This document shows, in pieces, positions 1 through 13,400 of a stretch of 64,000 bases of DNA. The DNA is from Trichoplax sp. H2. Lineage: Eukaryota. The stretch spans positions 496,001 through 560,000 of the forward strand of contig NOWV01000014.1 in assembly GCA_003344405.1 (NCBI GenBank). The letters run 5' to 3'. Position 1 is the stretch's first letter. Each line of letters opens with the position of its first letter. Position numbers and translations under genes: made by a program. Under the pieces are notes generated by a model. That model had not been told where the DNA came from and ran no database searches. It saw only the letters and a program-made list of their open reading frames with translations.

Positions 1-66
1 ACCTTATAGTTATTCATTAGGTTTCAATTGTAATAAAAATTTGGCCATGATTCTGAATATTTATAG

Positions 67-2958
67 CTAATTAAAACTCATAATATACGACGTGCTGTGG
101 TAGCGACTGGCAGTCAGACTCGGCATAGATCTATTTATAATGGTTTAACGGCGTTAAAAATGAATGGATCAGATCCTCCTGATGTCGTAAGTAGAATATT
201 GTTACAATAATTATTATTATGAATCAATTTTATTGTAAAAAAGACGTCAATTTTACTTCTATTACACGAGTACAGCAACATTCATGCACTTTACTATCAA
301 GCCATCGTATCGGCTGTAATTGGCTAGCATTTGCATTTGTACTGTATATACTTCGCTTCAGAGACTACCGTGCAATAGTTAAAATGTTTTTTGGAGATGC
401 GTGCGATTACAGATTATGGATTAAGAAGCTCATCAATTTATATATTATACACTGTACAACAATAAAGTATTTTATACAATCAGTCAAGAAAAGTAGAGGA
501 AACATGGAAATTTTCTCAAATTGGAGTACAGTGTTATAATGCAGTATCGACGCAAAGTAATACATTTATAATTTATACCGCAGGTAATCATTCACGATGC
601 TGTCCGTCCACTAGTTAACGAAGATATACTAAGAAGTGTCGCTATGGCAGCAATGATTTATGGAGTTAGTGACGAGCTATTCTAATATTCTTTTTGTAGT
701 ATTGACCGTGTGGGTATTGAGTTTGTTAGATTTAAAAATCGTTCCTTTCTTACGCCACGTATTAGGCTGCTGGCTGCACTCGGCCATTGGTGTCAACGGT
801 GATAAAGGCTAGTGAAGATAATATTTTAGATCATTCGTTGCAAAGGTACAAATTATAATTACATTTTTAAAAACAAATGAATTCAACTGTTCAATAGCAA
901 GAGTCCATATTAAGAATGTACAGAGTGATTAATGTGTTAAAATAAATGTGGTAATACATATTGTGAACTGCCTTATTGTAGATCACAGTATCGTGCTAGT
1001 GAGACGCCTCAAGCTTTCCAATATGATGTTATTAAAGAAGCGTATGATAAGGTATTAGTGGCAAAAAATTGTTCAGATTTGACTACTTGATATTTCAACT
1101 TTCTCTACCAGATCACTAAAGTATATTTACTTATGGATGAAATATAAAATAGTGTACAGATTACGATTTCGATTACGGTACTGAATGTTTGCATTTGGCG
1201 AATAAATACACGGATTCGACGGTTAAGCTAGTTGATGGTCCTCCATCGCTATGGAAGGTAATTTGACCAATATTTTAATAACGTTGCAACTAAAAATGGA
1301 TTCTGAAAAATCAACAGATCTCTAATAGTTGATAAAATTGCCAACAGATTACTTATAAGAAAGACTTGTATGCATTTGAAGGAATAATTAAAGGTTTGTA
1401 GATTAACACTACTAGTGAATTTGGTAATAGCATCATTCAGTTTTATAATTAATAATTCCCAATTGTATTATGATGATTTAAGAATACCTTTATGAAATTG
1501 GTGTAATAATTGGCGAAAAAAGTGCGGTTTCATCGATTTGTGCATCTGCAAGCTGTTTAATAAATAAAGGCTTAAAGGTCAGCGATAGTTGAATTTATTT
1601 CTTTAATTTCGCACTTTAAAAATGTACATGGTTTCTTCCGTTTGGGTGGTAGGTTGCAATTATTGCTAACGGCTGTCATGATGACATACATGCATCTCTT
1701 TCGGAAGTTAGCGACAGATACTTGTATCAAGATATGGAATTGATGACGGTATTTTAATGAGAATTAATATATTAATTTAGTGTCGATTAAAATAATTGTC
1801 TAAACTGTATTACTTACAACTTTTTTCGAATGGGTATTATAAGGAAGAAAATATTCGTCAAGCATTTCAAAGTATCGAAGATTATTTTCAAAATAGAATT
1901 GATATCACTATAAATTGTATTGTAAGAGAATACAAGGAGGTCAGCGAGCATACTTGATATTATTAGCTTTTTGATTTAGGCTGAGTTTATGGTGTGTTAG
2001 TAGCTATATTAAATTGATATATTTTGAGGCATGCTTGTAAAGTAACATTGATTCACTGTTTAGGTGACAGAAAATGCCCAGCAACTAAAGGCACATTTAG
2101 ACAGTCTTACCTTGATGTTATCTATGGTAACAAAGTGTTCTGAGCGTCAAGGGGTGATTGTAAACTCTGTTTTAATCGTTGGTAAGGATGTTTGTATCTT
2201 TGATGACTCTGGTCTCCGCTTGGAAGCCATACTCAAGGTTAATCGATAGCAGGATGATGAGTTGTAACGCTGTGTTGACTCGTATATAAAAAGGATTGCG
2301 TTATTATCTAGTTGTGAAAATAATATCGGCGTATCCATCGTACAATAACTTGATAGGCAGCAATTAGAAATCAATCGAGAATAGCAATTAAAGATAACGT
2401 TCAGGTTTTTGGAGTATTTAATAGTCCCCATTTACCACATTCAAACGATGACGATAACGTAAGTGATATCTTTCCTACATTTTGTAGCATCTACTTTATG
2501 AGATTTATTCCCATGCCAATTATGGATTAATTTCTTGCGCATTCGATCCAGCCATTTCCCTATGACATATCCAACAATGCCGCTAAAACGGCTATATATA
2601 TCTCTAAAAATGCAATTGTCCAAACATATCTGCCAATTCTTAGCAAAATCAATCAATTAGTATTTTCGTCGTAGTTCATTTCGTTAGAACTTGGCATATT
2701 TGCTTGGATAAGTAAGTATAATGAAGGTATAGTGACGCTTCATTGGCATATTTGGATATATCACAGGGAAATGTTTGGGTCTGTTGCGCATTGATGTTCT
2801 AGAGATAGTAGTAGGATATAGTCATTGTAAAGGCATTTATTATGATTGCATCAACGTATTAGGATGAAAATATTCCGCTAGAGTTGGGTAATTTGGCGAC
2901 AGACATTGCAATCGATATGAAGAATTATGCTTCTGGTCAAATGTTTTACATCGTTTAG
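67..2958 (+). CDS. CRPPA: CDP-L-ribitol pyrophosphorylase A (ISPD), 5'-partial, 12 exons in window
   Basis: Exons 67-186, 584-664, 766-845, 982-1051, 1153-1257, 1348-1393, 1483-1577, 1653-1748, 1844-1939, 2064-2237, 2357-2458, 2863-2958 join in frame with GT-AG introns. Translation includes [62 protein letters not shown], diagnostic of animal ISPD/CRPPA. The last six exons (SDR-like domain) are less certain. Confidence 0.92.
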
Positions 2959-4149
2959 TGTGGTTGAAATTCTCTCTTTTGTGACTAAAAGGTGCCATAT
3001 GCTTTATTGTTCAACTGGGCAACTAAGCTTGCAGTTGGTTTTTATAATCCTTTCGATTTTATTAAACGTATTGATAATATAATTAGAGTTGTAAATTGCA
3101 AGAATTTAAAGCTCAACTTGTGTATACCGGTAGCATACAGTAGTATGTGTATAGAGGTCAACAAGACCTAGAATTATTGATATACCCTTCTAATCGATAT
3201 AGCAGAATTGAAGAAAGATTGAATGAATGGTTTAGAAGTCTATTTATTGAAAAGCTATTACTCTTGTCATATTTATAAACATATACTTGATCCTACATAG
3301 CTAACATATATTTATCAAAATCTTTGTAGTCTATTAAAATATGATTTGTTCTGATAGTAATATATTCCATTGTTGATATTTTATTCGAGTTTATTATATG
3401 TTTATCAAGGAGGTGAAGAGTACTCTCTGGTGTGATATCATTGGAGCAGTTATTGTCTATACCCTATTCTATTAAACTTGTTGTATTGGTAGTATACTAC
3501 AGAAGGAAATGTAATTACCCTTTTCATTTAAAATTCTATTATAATTATTTATACCTGTGGATAATGGAGTACTACTGCACGAATATTCAAGTGGTGCAGC
3601 GGTTAGACGACCCATTTTATATTTCCTAATTTACCCAATTTCAATTGAGCAATATTAATAAACGACTGAAAAATGTCTTTTACTGTCTGCCATACCACGT
3701 ACACCTATTGACTACAAATCAACTACTGTATTAATGATAAAGATTGGACTTTAGGTTTGCATGACTTGGGTTTGAAAAGGAGTTACTCACGGATCGATTG
3801 ATGCATTTCATTCATTTTGTTATGACTAAAAATTTTGATTTCAATCATGTACACCACTGCAAAATCTCCTCGGTTGGACAAGGCGTTGTACTACTATAGT
3901 AATGTCTATTTTCTGGAATGTATAAAGGCTTTGATGCGACTTTCGTTTCTATCTACTGTACAAGGGTATAAAATACCAATCGGCCGAAATCAACAGATCA
4001 CTTCCCTCTATTCTACTGTATGTAAATCGACGCTATTCATCTTGATATACGACTGTGCCCCATTTGACAAAGACAGTTATTGCGAGAGACTTTTACTACA
4101 GAGAGTGGGGATCATATCGCAAATACGTTTCTACGGTCTGATATGATCC

Positions 4150-6645
4150 GAGAGTCGTCTATTGATCTGGATAGAGTCGATTTTCTACATACGCGTGTAG
4201 GGAAATGGAATCTTGATGTTGATTTCAGTAGATTGGTATTTTATCCCGTCAATGATGTCTTCTAGGAGAGTCGTACGTATACTACATTGCTATACTGTAG
4301 ATACAGTTGATTTTGGACAGAGAATACGCATCTAGACAAAGTGGAATATTGATGTTGATCTCAGTCTATATTTTCTAGCCGTCCATGATGTCGTATAGGG
4401 CAGTATACTGCGTTGCTATTGATAAAGGAGATTTTGGACAGAGAATATGCGTCTAGAGAAGTCGAATATTGATGTTGATCTCAGCAGATATTTTCTAGCC
4501 GTCCATGATGTCGTATAGGAGCAGTATACTGCATTGCTATGGATAAAGGGGATTTTGGACAGAGAATACGCGTCTACAGAAGTCGAATATTGATGTTGAT
4601 CTCTGCAGATATTTTCTACCCGTTGATGATGTCCTATAGGAGAGTTGTACGAATACTGCATTGCTATTGATAAAGGGGATTTTGGATAGAGAATACGCAT
4701 GTAGAGAAGTGGAATATTGATGTTGATCTCAGCAGATATTTCTTAGCCGTCCATGATGTCGTATAGGAACAGTATACTGCATTGCTATTGATACAGTTGA
4801 TTTTGGACAGAGAATACGCGTCTAGAGAAGTCGAATATTGATGTTGATCTCGGTAGATATTTTCTAGCCGTCCATGATGTCGTATAGGAGCAGTATACTG
4901 CATTGCTATTGATACAGTTGATTTTGGACAGAGAATACGTGTCTAGAGAAGTCGAATATTGATGTTGATCTCAGCAGATATTTTCTACCCGTTGATGATG
5001 TCCTATAGGAGAGTTGTACGAATACTGCATTGCTATTGATAAAGGGGATTTTGGATAGAGAATACGCATGTAGAGAAGTGGAATATTGATGTTGATCTCT
5101 GCAAATACTTTCTAGCCGTCCATGATGTCGTATAGGAGCAGTATACTGCATTGCTATGGATAAAGGGGATTTTGAACAGAAAATACGCGTCTACAGAAGT
5201 GGAATATTGATGTTGATCTCAGCAGATATTTTCTACCCGTTGATGATGTCCTATAGGAGAGTTGTACGAATACTGCATTGCTATTGATAAAGGGGATTTT
5301 GGACAGAGAATACGCATGTAGAGAAGTGGAATATTGATGTTGATCTCAGCAGATATTTCCTACCCGTCCATGATGCCCTATAGGAGAGTTGTACGAATAC
5401 TGCATTGCTATTGATAAAGGGGATTTTGGATAGAGAATACGCATCTAGAGCAGTGGAATATTGATGTTGATCTCAGCCGATATTTCCTACCCGTCCATGA
5501 TGTCGTATAGGAGAGTCGTACGTACAGTATACTGTATCGCTATTGATTTTCTACATACTGTAGAATACGCATATAAGGAAGTCCAATCTTGATGTTGATC
5601 TTTGTCGTATTATTTGGCAATTTTCTATCGGTTAATGATGTCCTAGAAGAGAGTTGTAGGTACAGTATACTGTATTGCTATTGATAAAGGGGATTTTGGA
5701 CATAGAATACGCGTGTAGACAAGTGGAATATTGATGTTGATCTCAGCAGATATTTTCTACCCGTTGATGATGTCCTAGAGGAGAGTTGTACGTATACTGT
5801 ATTGCTATTGATTGTCTACATAGAATACGCATATAGGGAAGTCCAATCTTGATGTTGATCTTTGTCGATGTCAGCAGATTGGTATTTTCTATCCGTTCAT
5901 ATTCATGATGTCTTATAGGAGAGTCGTACGTATACTTTCTAGCTATTGATTTTCGACACAGAATACGCATACAGTATAGGGAAATGTTGATGTTGATCTC
6001 AGTGGATATTTTCTACTCGCCCATGATGTCTTATAGGAGAGTTGCATGTCTACTCTATCGCTATTGATTTGGACATGGAATACGCGTCTAGAAACGTGGA
6101 ATATTGATGTTGATCGCAATCGATATTTTGTAGGCGTCCATGATGTCCTATAGGAGGAGTAAACTGCATTACTATAGATACAGCTGATTTTGGACAGAGA
6201 ATACGCGTTTAGACAAGTCGAATATTGATGTTGATCTCAGTCGATATTTTGTAGGCGTCCATGATGTCCTTTAGGAGGAGTAAACGGCATTACTATAGAT
6301 ACAGCTGATTTTGGACAGAGAATACGCGTGTAGACAAGTCGAATATTGATGTTGATCTCAGTCGATATTTTCTACCCGTCCATCATGTCCTTGTGATAAA
6401 GTGATCTTCAAAACAATAAATCAAGAACTACAGTTTCTTGCAAATTTCACTTTATTACAGAAGTTAGGTTCGTCTAACTACCAAGGACTATCTGACAATC
6501 TACTTATTACAGCAAAATTCACGATTTATATACGATTAGTTACAGAATGCTTTTACTGTAACAAATCTTATCTTGTCCATTAAGTCGCAATATAGGAGGA
6601 GTAAACTGCATTGCTATTGATACGATGGATTTTGCACATAGAATT
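4150..6645. repeat. Tandem minisatellite array, about 120-127 bp unit, about 18-20 copies, several subtypes
   Basis: Anchor GATGTTGATCT recurs at about 4351, 4471, 4592, 4719, 4840, 4961, 5088, 5209, 5336, 5463, 5591, 5733, 5851, 5989, 6106, 6227, 6348. The repetitive minus-strand ORFs in the track are by-products. Confidence 0.95.
6391..6590. mobile_element. 200-bp insertion interrupting a satellite unit (solo-LTR- or MITE-like)
   Basis: The unit is cut between ATGTCC (6390) and TATAGGAGGAGTAAACTGC (6591). The insert begins TTGTGA and ends TCGCAA (imperfect inverted termini, TG..CA). No clear target-site duplication. Confidence 0.5.
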
Positions 6646-6678
6646 GAGTTTCTTTGGTCATTGTAATTGAAATGAGGG

Positions 6679-6945
6679 GTGAAAGAATTGGGAATCAGCC
6701 TTGCTATTTCTGGTGAAAGAATTGGGAATCGGCCTTGCTATTTCTGGTGAAAGAATTGGAATCGGCCTTGCTATTTCTGGTGAAAGAATTGGGAATCGGA
6801 CTTGCTATTTCTGGTGAAAGAATTGGGAATCGGCCTTGCTATTTCTGGTGAAAGAATTGGAATCGGCCTTGCTATTTCTGGTGAAAGAATTGGAATCGGC
6901 CTTGCTATTTCTGGTGAAAGAATTGGGAATTGGCCTTGCTATTCC
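6679..6945. repeat. 33/34-bp tandem repeat, about 8 copies
   Basis: Unit GTGAAAGAATTGG(G)AATCGGCCTTGCTATTTCTG repeated almost perfectly. Confidence 0.95.
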
Positions 6946-7208
6946 TCTCCATCAAAGGATTTCTTTCTCTTTCTTTCTTGCCTTATTGACAGTGGGAGGA
7001 CAGTGCTTTCTTTCTTTCTTTCCACTACGCTGGCGGTTGTTGTGATCGACTGCATACTGTACCCGCGTACACTGCGGCATGCATGAGTACCTCCAGTGGT
7101 ATCCACCGCAAAGTGCTATAACAATGTCAACCTTCTAGTGGCAGCCCAGCATGCGCAGTACCATCAACTCCATTTTAGGAATTGCCATCGCAAGTGTCAA
7201 TATTGCAA

Positions 7209-7424
7209 CTACGACAAGCAAAAAACTTTTGTGCCGGCGCTTTTTTATCCCATCTTGGCCACAAGATTAACGGGTAGCCAACTTCAAAGATCGCTACGAG
7301 AAGCAAAAGACGTTTGTGTTAGCGCTTTTTACCCCATCTTGGCCACAAGATTAACGGGTAGCAGACTGCAAAGATCGCTACGACAGGCAAAAGACGTTTG
7401 TGCCAGCGCTTTTTATCCCATCTT
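7209..7424. repeat. 84-85-bp tandem repeat, about 2.6 copies, abutting the DGK start codon
   Basis: CTACGA-A-GCAAAA...GCGCTTTTTA-CCCATCTT starts at 7209, 7294 and 7378. Confidence 0.9.
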
Positions 7425-7433
7425 TTGTTGGAC

Positions 7434-10400
7434 ATGTCCAAGATAAAATCGGACAAGTTAGGCCCTGAGGAGTTACAACAACTTCAGGAACGTATTCAAT
7501 GTAAGTATTTTATCGTTCATATAGCAATCCAATATCATCACGTCGCTTTCAACACCATCCATTTGCACTTGCAGTGGGGGGGGGCTTGTCGCATTTCTTC
7601 ACTCCAATCAGGCCTCGCAGGAGAGTTAGTCTGTAGGCAAATTACAAGATGATGGAGAGTCGTCGTTAAAAGACAGCAACCAATACAAGGGAAGGCTAGC
7701 ATAAGATGATGCAGTTTTCAGTCTAGTTAGCCTATGGCAAAAGAACAAGTCCCAGTCGATGAGGAGACGTCGCAAGGGTCGATTGGGAAACGATGCTAAT
7801 CCAATGGACCATTTCAAAATGATACAAAATATGGATGGGCAAATTGCCCGTCTTAACAATCTCCCTGTCCAACCAATTCAATCTGTTGAAGGAGTCGATC
7901 ATGTCCACTCCAGGAATTACTTCAAGGAGAACAGTCGACAAGACTCGTGCAATCCATTGGATCACTGTCAGGAGAACAGGCTACGATACCATTGCAATCC
8001 ACTCCAATGTCGGCCAACACTAAAATACATCCATTCCCTTGTACAGTAGGATAGACTACTACAACTTATTTCCAATCGCTATCACTCAATATCCAAATGG
8101 AGACATACTGTACAGTAAGTGCACAGTCGGATCATCATCATCAATCTACACTTAGTAGCGAGGGAAGAGGGCCCCAAGCAACTTGGATAACGGTCAAGAC
8201 GAAATGCAATTCAACAGGATGCTCTCTCTCGCCAAGTAAATGGCCACGGCATTCCTTTTTAAATGCCGTGTAAACCCCTTGATTGATACAACAAGAAACT
8301 GACTTAGTCGACTTGGCTGTAATTGCAGTAGTTTTTTGCCAAGTGGACTAGCAACTTGTCATCGAGTGGCAAATTGGAATGTCCACATCAACTACTTTAG
8401 TCTAGTAGGAAGAGAGACTCTATTTTCCAACGATGCAGTGCGATCGCCACAGACGATTCCTCTACAGCCATGGACTGAGTCAAGAAGCCATCAGCCATGG
8501 AAAATCAGAGTCTATTTGCCACCAAATTGTCTATCCATTAAAAGGGAAAAGTAATTCATTCCATACTCCATGATGGATAGGCAAAAGTCAAACTGAGTCT
8601 ACCATACGGACGCCGATGATTCATTCCCAAAGGCAATTTCCCTTGATCGGATAAACTACAATCACCGATCGCATTTCTTGCTAACACACACTCTTGTCTT
8701 GATGATCGCCAAAAATGCAATCCTATCATGGAGTATGTCTTTTTCCCCCCCTTCCAACCACAGCCATGTTTGTAGACGGGATGTTGGATTGTATTGAACG
8801 GCTTGGTTAGCAATTCATTCCTCTTGATCTGATGATGGTTGCAAATGGGGACATTTCAAATGGATGAGGACAGTTGCGGGCTCTTTCTTTCATTTCCTCA
8901 CTGTTTTACTACCGATATGCAAATTTGCATAGGCAACCAACCTAGAGGATGGATGATGACACTGAAAACCCTTTCCTTTTTTATTTTTACTTTCTCTTTG
9001 CCTATTTTATTTTCGTTTTCGTCTGCATACAGTAGCCGATGTCAATGGACTCCGCTAGCATCCTCAATCATGCCATTGCTGCCGATAGAATGGGTTTTTT
9101 TTTTCTCCCCCCTATATGTACACCATTTTGATTTTCCATCATCATTCCGTCATCGACCGTTCACAAACGAAACAGGAACGATTACATCGATGATGCTACG
9201 CGGTGAAATGAATTTGCAATATACATTTCTTGACTTGATGTTCAACGTTGAAGAAGAAGAAGGATGATCCCCCCCAAATAATAAAAAATACAGTAGGATG
9301 GGAATAGAATGATTCATGTTGGATCATTGGCCATCATCCTACCTACTGGATACTGGGGAATGGGCACCACTCAGACATTTTCCTTTGCAACAATGGCGTC
9401 TTTGATCAGCGGTAGGTTAGCGTTTTTGCCATAGTATTGATTGAGCCGGATTGAATATCCTTCAAGAGGATCCATGAGTTAACTGCTGTCATGGCATGCA
9501 AGATGCTTTGAATAGGATTCTTTTCCACCGTACAAGGCAATCAACGATGATCGTCGATATGCAATGGGTACAGTAGAAATTTTTTTTTCCCTTTTTTTGG
9601 AGTGGGGAGAAGAAATGGACTTTTACTATCATTCCCTCATGAGACTAGACCTTCATTTGATTGTACATTGTACAATAAAATGAAGGCAATGAAAATTAGT
9701 GACAACCTGGACTGATCCGAATATCTTCATCGCGGCTAATTCAGCCACCAATGAAAACTTTGACGACTTAGTCTTGCCGCACATCAACATGAATTGAGTG
9801 TAATCCAATGCTCGCTAGACTTGGATTGTCTAGCGTAGTACTAATGGATCGTTTTCTTATACGACAAAAAGTATTTTCTTGCCCTATGTAAAAACCGAGA
9901 GGGTAAAAGGGGGATAGGAAGAGAAAAACTAGATAGGAAAATGTCTCCATTTTTCAATACAATGGTAGCCTAGCAATGCAGGAGTGTGGGTAGTAGGGTA
10001 GGCACCTTTGGCAATTTTTACGGGCCCCATCATGAAGAAGAAGTTGTAGTTGTGATCGTCAAGAGGCTGTTGGCTGTCAACGATGCCATGGAAAAGGACT
10101 ATCAATGACCATGCTAACAATCCTGTGGATGGCTTAGGAAAAAAAGGAAATGTTGTCGTTGTGACTACCCTAGACATAGGCATCATTGTTCATTGATATT
10201 TTCCTCCCGTCAAGAGATGGCTTGTCTTCATGATTTATTGTAGTCAATATTGATTCAATGGTAATCTTGGACATGCAATGGCAAAATACATCAACCAATG
10301 AATCCAACAAGGAAAATGCAACTCCAGTGATGAGTTGTATTGATCATCAAGTCGTGATGGGATTCAAAAATGGTCATGCAGATTGTTTTAGTGCCTATCG

Positions 10401-13400
10401 ACATTCTTGTCCACAATGCAAATTCAAATGGACAAGTTCATTTAGCGCTTGGTTATGTTGATTCTCATTTGATGGCAGTCAATATTGATTCAAATTGGGA
10501 TAGGCAAAATGCCTACTGGCTAGGCGCAACACTATTTACAGTCGATTCTTTCTAGTGATCGTTCCACTCCTCAATCGAAGTTTAGATTGCCTTCGATATC
10601 GATTGAAAGTGTAATCTTAGTTAGACGTGGATTAGACCAGAGTCGATTCTTTCTAGTAACCATTCCACTCCTCAATCGAAGTTTGGATTGCCTTCGATAT
10701 CGATTGAAAGTGTAATCTTAGTTAGACGTGGATTAGATCAGAGTCGATTCTTTCTAGTAACCATTCCACTCCTCAATCGAAGTTTGGATTGCCTTCGATA
10801 TCGATTAAAAGTGTAATCTTAGACGTGGATTACATTACTGTACAGTCGATTGGTTCTAGTAATCATTCCACTCCTTAATCGAAGTTTAGATTGCCTTCGA
10901 TGTCGATGGAAAGTGTAATCTTAGACGCGGATTAGATTACAACATTCACTGACTGGATAGGGAGGGCATCATGGAGAGTTGATTTAGCCATTGGTTGTAT
11001 CCATCATTCTAGTCGTCATTTTATTGCAGTCAATATTGATTCAAAATTGGAATCTTAAGCGCTATTAAAGCACAATGTTATTGCAATCAATCTTGATTCA
11101 AATTGTTGTCATGTTGGACCCAATGGAGGAGCGATTGGTTATATTGATCATTTAGTCAAGTTATTGGGCAATCCATCTTGATTGCTTGATTGCCCAATTT
11201 AGTGTCGATTGAGCGATTGGTTATGTTGATCATTGGCCGAATTGGATAGCAATCAATATCGATTGCAAGGGAGGATAATATGGCCACCATGGACAGTTCA
11301 TTTGGCGACGATTGGTTATGTTCATTGGCCGAGTTGGATAGCAATCAATATGGATTGCAAGGGAGGGTAATATGGCCACCATGGACAGTAGTTCATTTGG
11401 CGACGATTGGTTATGTTGATCATGAGCCAACTTGGATGGCAATCAATATGGATTGCAATTGTCATATTGACATGCAGTAGATTGGGGGGGAAAAAAAAAA
11501 AAAGGCATTGACCAGTAGAACATAAGCTATGCAAGATCAAGCATAAAAATCTTCAAGTCCCAGGATAAAATGCCAATTCTAATGACATTCTACGATCATT
11601 TGTCCTTGATGATGCTAATTGCTTTCTTATTGTCAGTAATGACTGGACGATAGGGTAGGGATGGATAGTGTTATTGTACTCTATGATTGCTTGAAAGCAT
11701 GGAAGGAAAAAAACAAGGAAATGAAACATGCCACAAATGGATAATCAAATTGCACTGCAATGGATCTATTGGATATCCAGAGTACCATGGATGATGATGG
11801 CTTGCCAAAGTTTTGATAGTTTTTATTTTGGGCAAACGGATTTTGAAAATTGGCGAGAGGGAGGCTCTTTTAAAGCTACAAATGAGTATGCTGTGCATCC
11901 TTTTCTGTCCTACATCAATAACAGTAGATCCAATATCAGTCTTGGATTGCACTGTTTCAAGCTCTCCCATTGGAGAAGATGGTTTTGCTTTTTGAGTAAG
12001 CAGTAAAACGATATGGAATAGCCCATTCTAGTAGATGAGCAAAATACATGCATTGAAAATGAATCCAATATTGTGAATTGGCTTCTCCCTATCAAGGCAA
12101 TGGACGATTGGATCCATATGGGTAGTCATGGAGGGATAGAGAAAAGCCAATCCAGTCGATCCTGTTTATTTGTGCATCCGATTGATTTCTTAGTCCTATC
12201 TTTGTACGCCCATTTCATTTCGTCCACCTTGTTCAAGCGTTCTTCCTTGGATATCATCATACAGTATCATGGATCAATTAGACCATATTGCTGACCGCTT
12301 TCCTGCTGTTACGATCCCAGTTTAGAGAAGCATAAAAAAAAAATTCAGCCAACATTGAAATTGGAAAAAATGCACACGCAATAATCCATTCTCTTCCATC
12401 TTACACCATGTGAACATTGTCGTTTTGAAACATGGCAATGCTTGGACATGCTTTAATAACACTACTCATAGCGTCTCCATTAGACTACATAAACCACTTT
12501 GATAGCAAGTTCAATCCAAGATGGCTGTATTCGATAGTTGACGAAGTAGGGAAAAGAAGCCAAGGTTGCCTAAACTCATTCTTCATTGGATACAGTGATA
12601 TCGATTTCACTGGCTCCATGATAGTCATAGTCCAGACAAGAGAATTACTCTATTGGAAGAATGTTGCAGAGCACTAGTGCTGCTCTACCATGCTTCTTTT
12701 GCATGGCGATATCGATTTCGTTTTATCAACCATATGGATAGGAAAGAAACGATACTTGCAATGGCTTCTTCTTCTTCTTCTTCTTCTTTTGCACTGCGAC
12801 ATTGATAGCCAGTCGTGTAAAAAGAGAGTTGTATTGGAAGAATAGTGGCGATGTTGGGGGAGTAAAGCTAGCGGCTGCCTTTTCTCATAGGGATGCTAGG
12901 ATATCGATAATGTTGATCGCTTGAATGGAAGACTATTTTGCTACTAGGGAAATGGGGCCCCATCGCTATTTTACTTTACGCTATTTTTTACTTTACGCTA
13001 TTTTTTACTTTATCGCTATTTTACTTTACGCCGCAGTCTTCATTTCCTAAAGGCTGTGGCGATATGACTAGGACTAAAACTAAACCATTTTTTTTTCTTG
13101 TCGACTCCATCCTCTCCAATGGATCCTAATATCCTATACGTCACTAGACTACATCATTCATAGAGAAGAGGACAAGAAAATACTCTATCGACTATACCGA
13201 CATTTTTTTTCCTGTGCAAAGAATCCACTCAGTGTGAAGATTTTTTTCCTCTTCCCCACATCAACTTGAAGAGGTAGCAATAGAGTAATGGTTGTCTACA
13301 CTGTTCAATTGACCATTTCTTAATGGATCATTGATCAGGATAAGATAGAGTAATGAAAAATCATCTAAAATGGCTAGAAGACAAAGAAATACATCTACAT

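Noticed and set aside
4150-6945. Repeat arrays as CRISPR-like loci or repeat proteins
   Set aside because: Whole units repeat with no unique spacers, unit lengths break reading frames, and there are no cas genes in this eukaryotic context
7626-8049. Overlapping 62-96 aa ORFs in DGK intron 1
   Set aside because: No recognisable motif or phase-compatible splice sites; explained by locally higher GC
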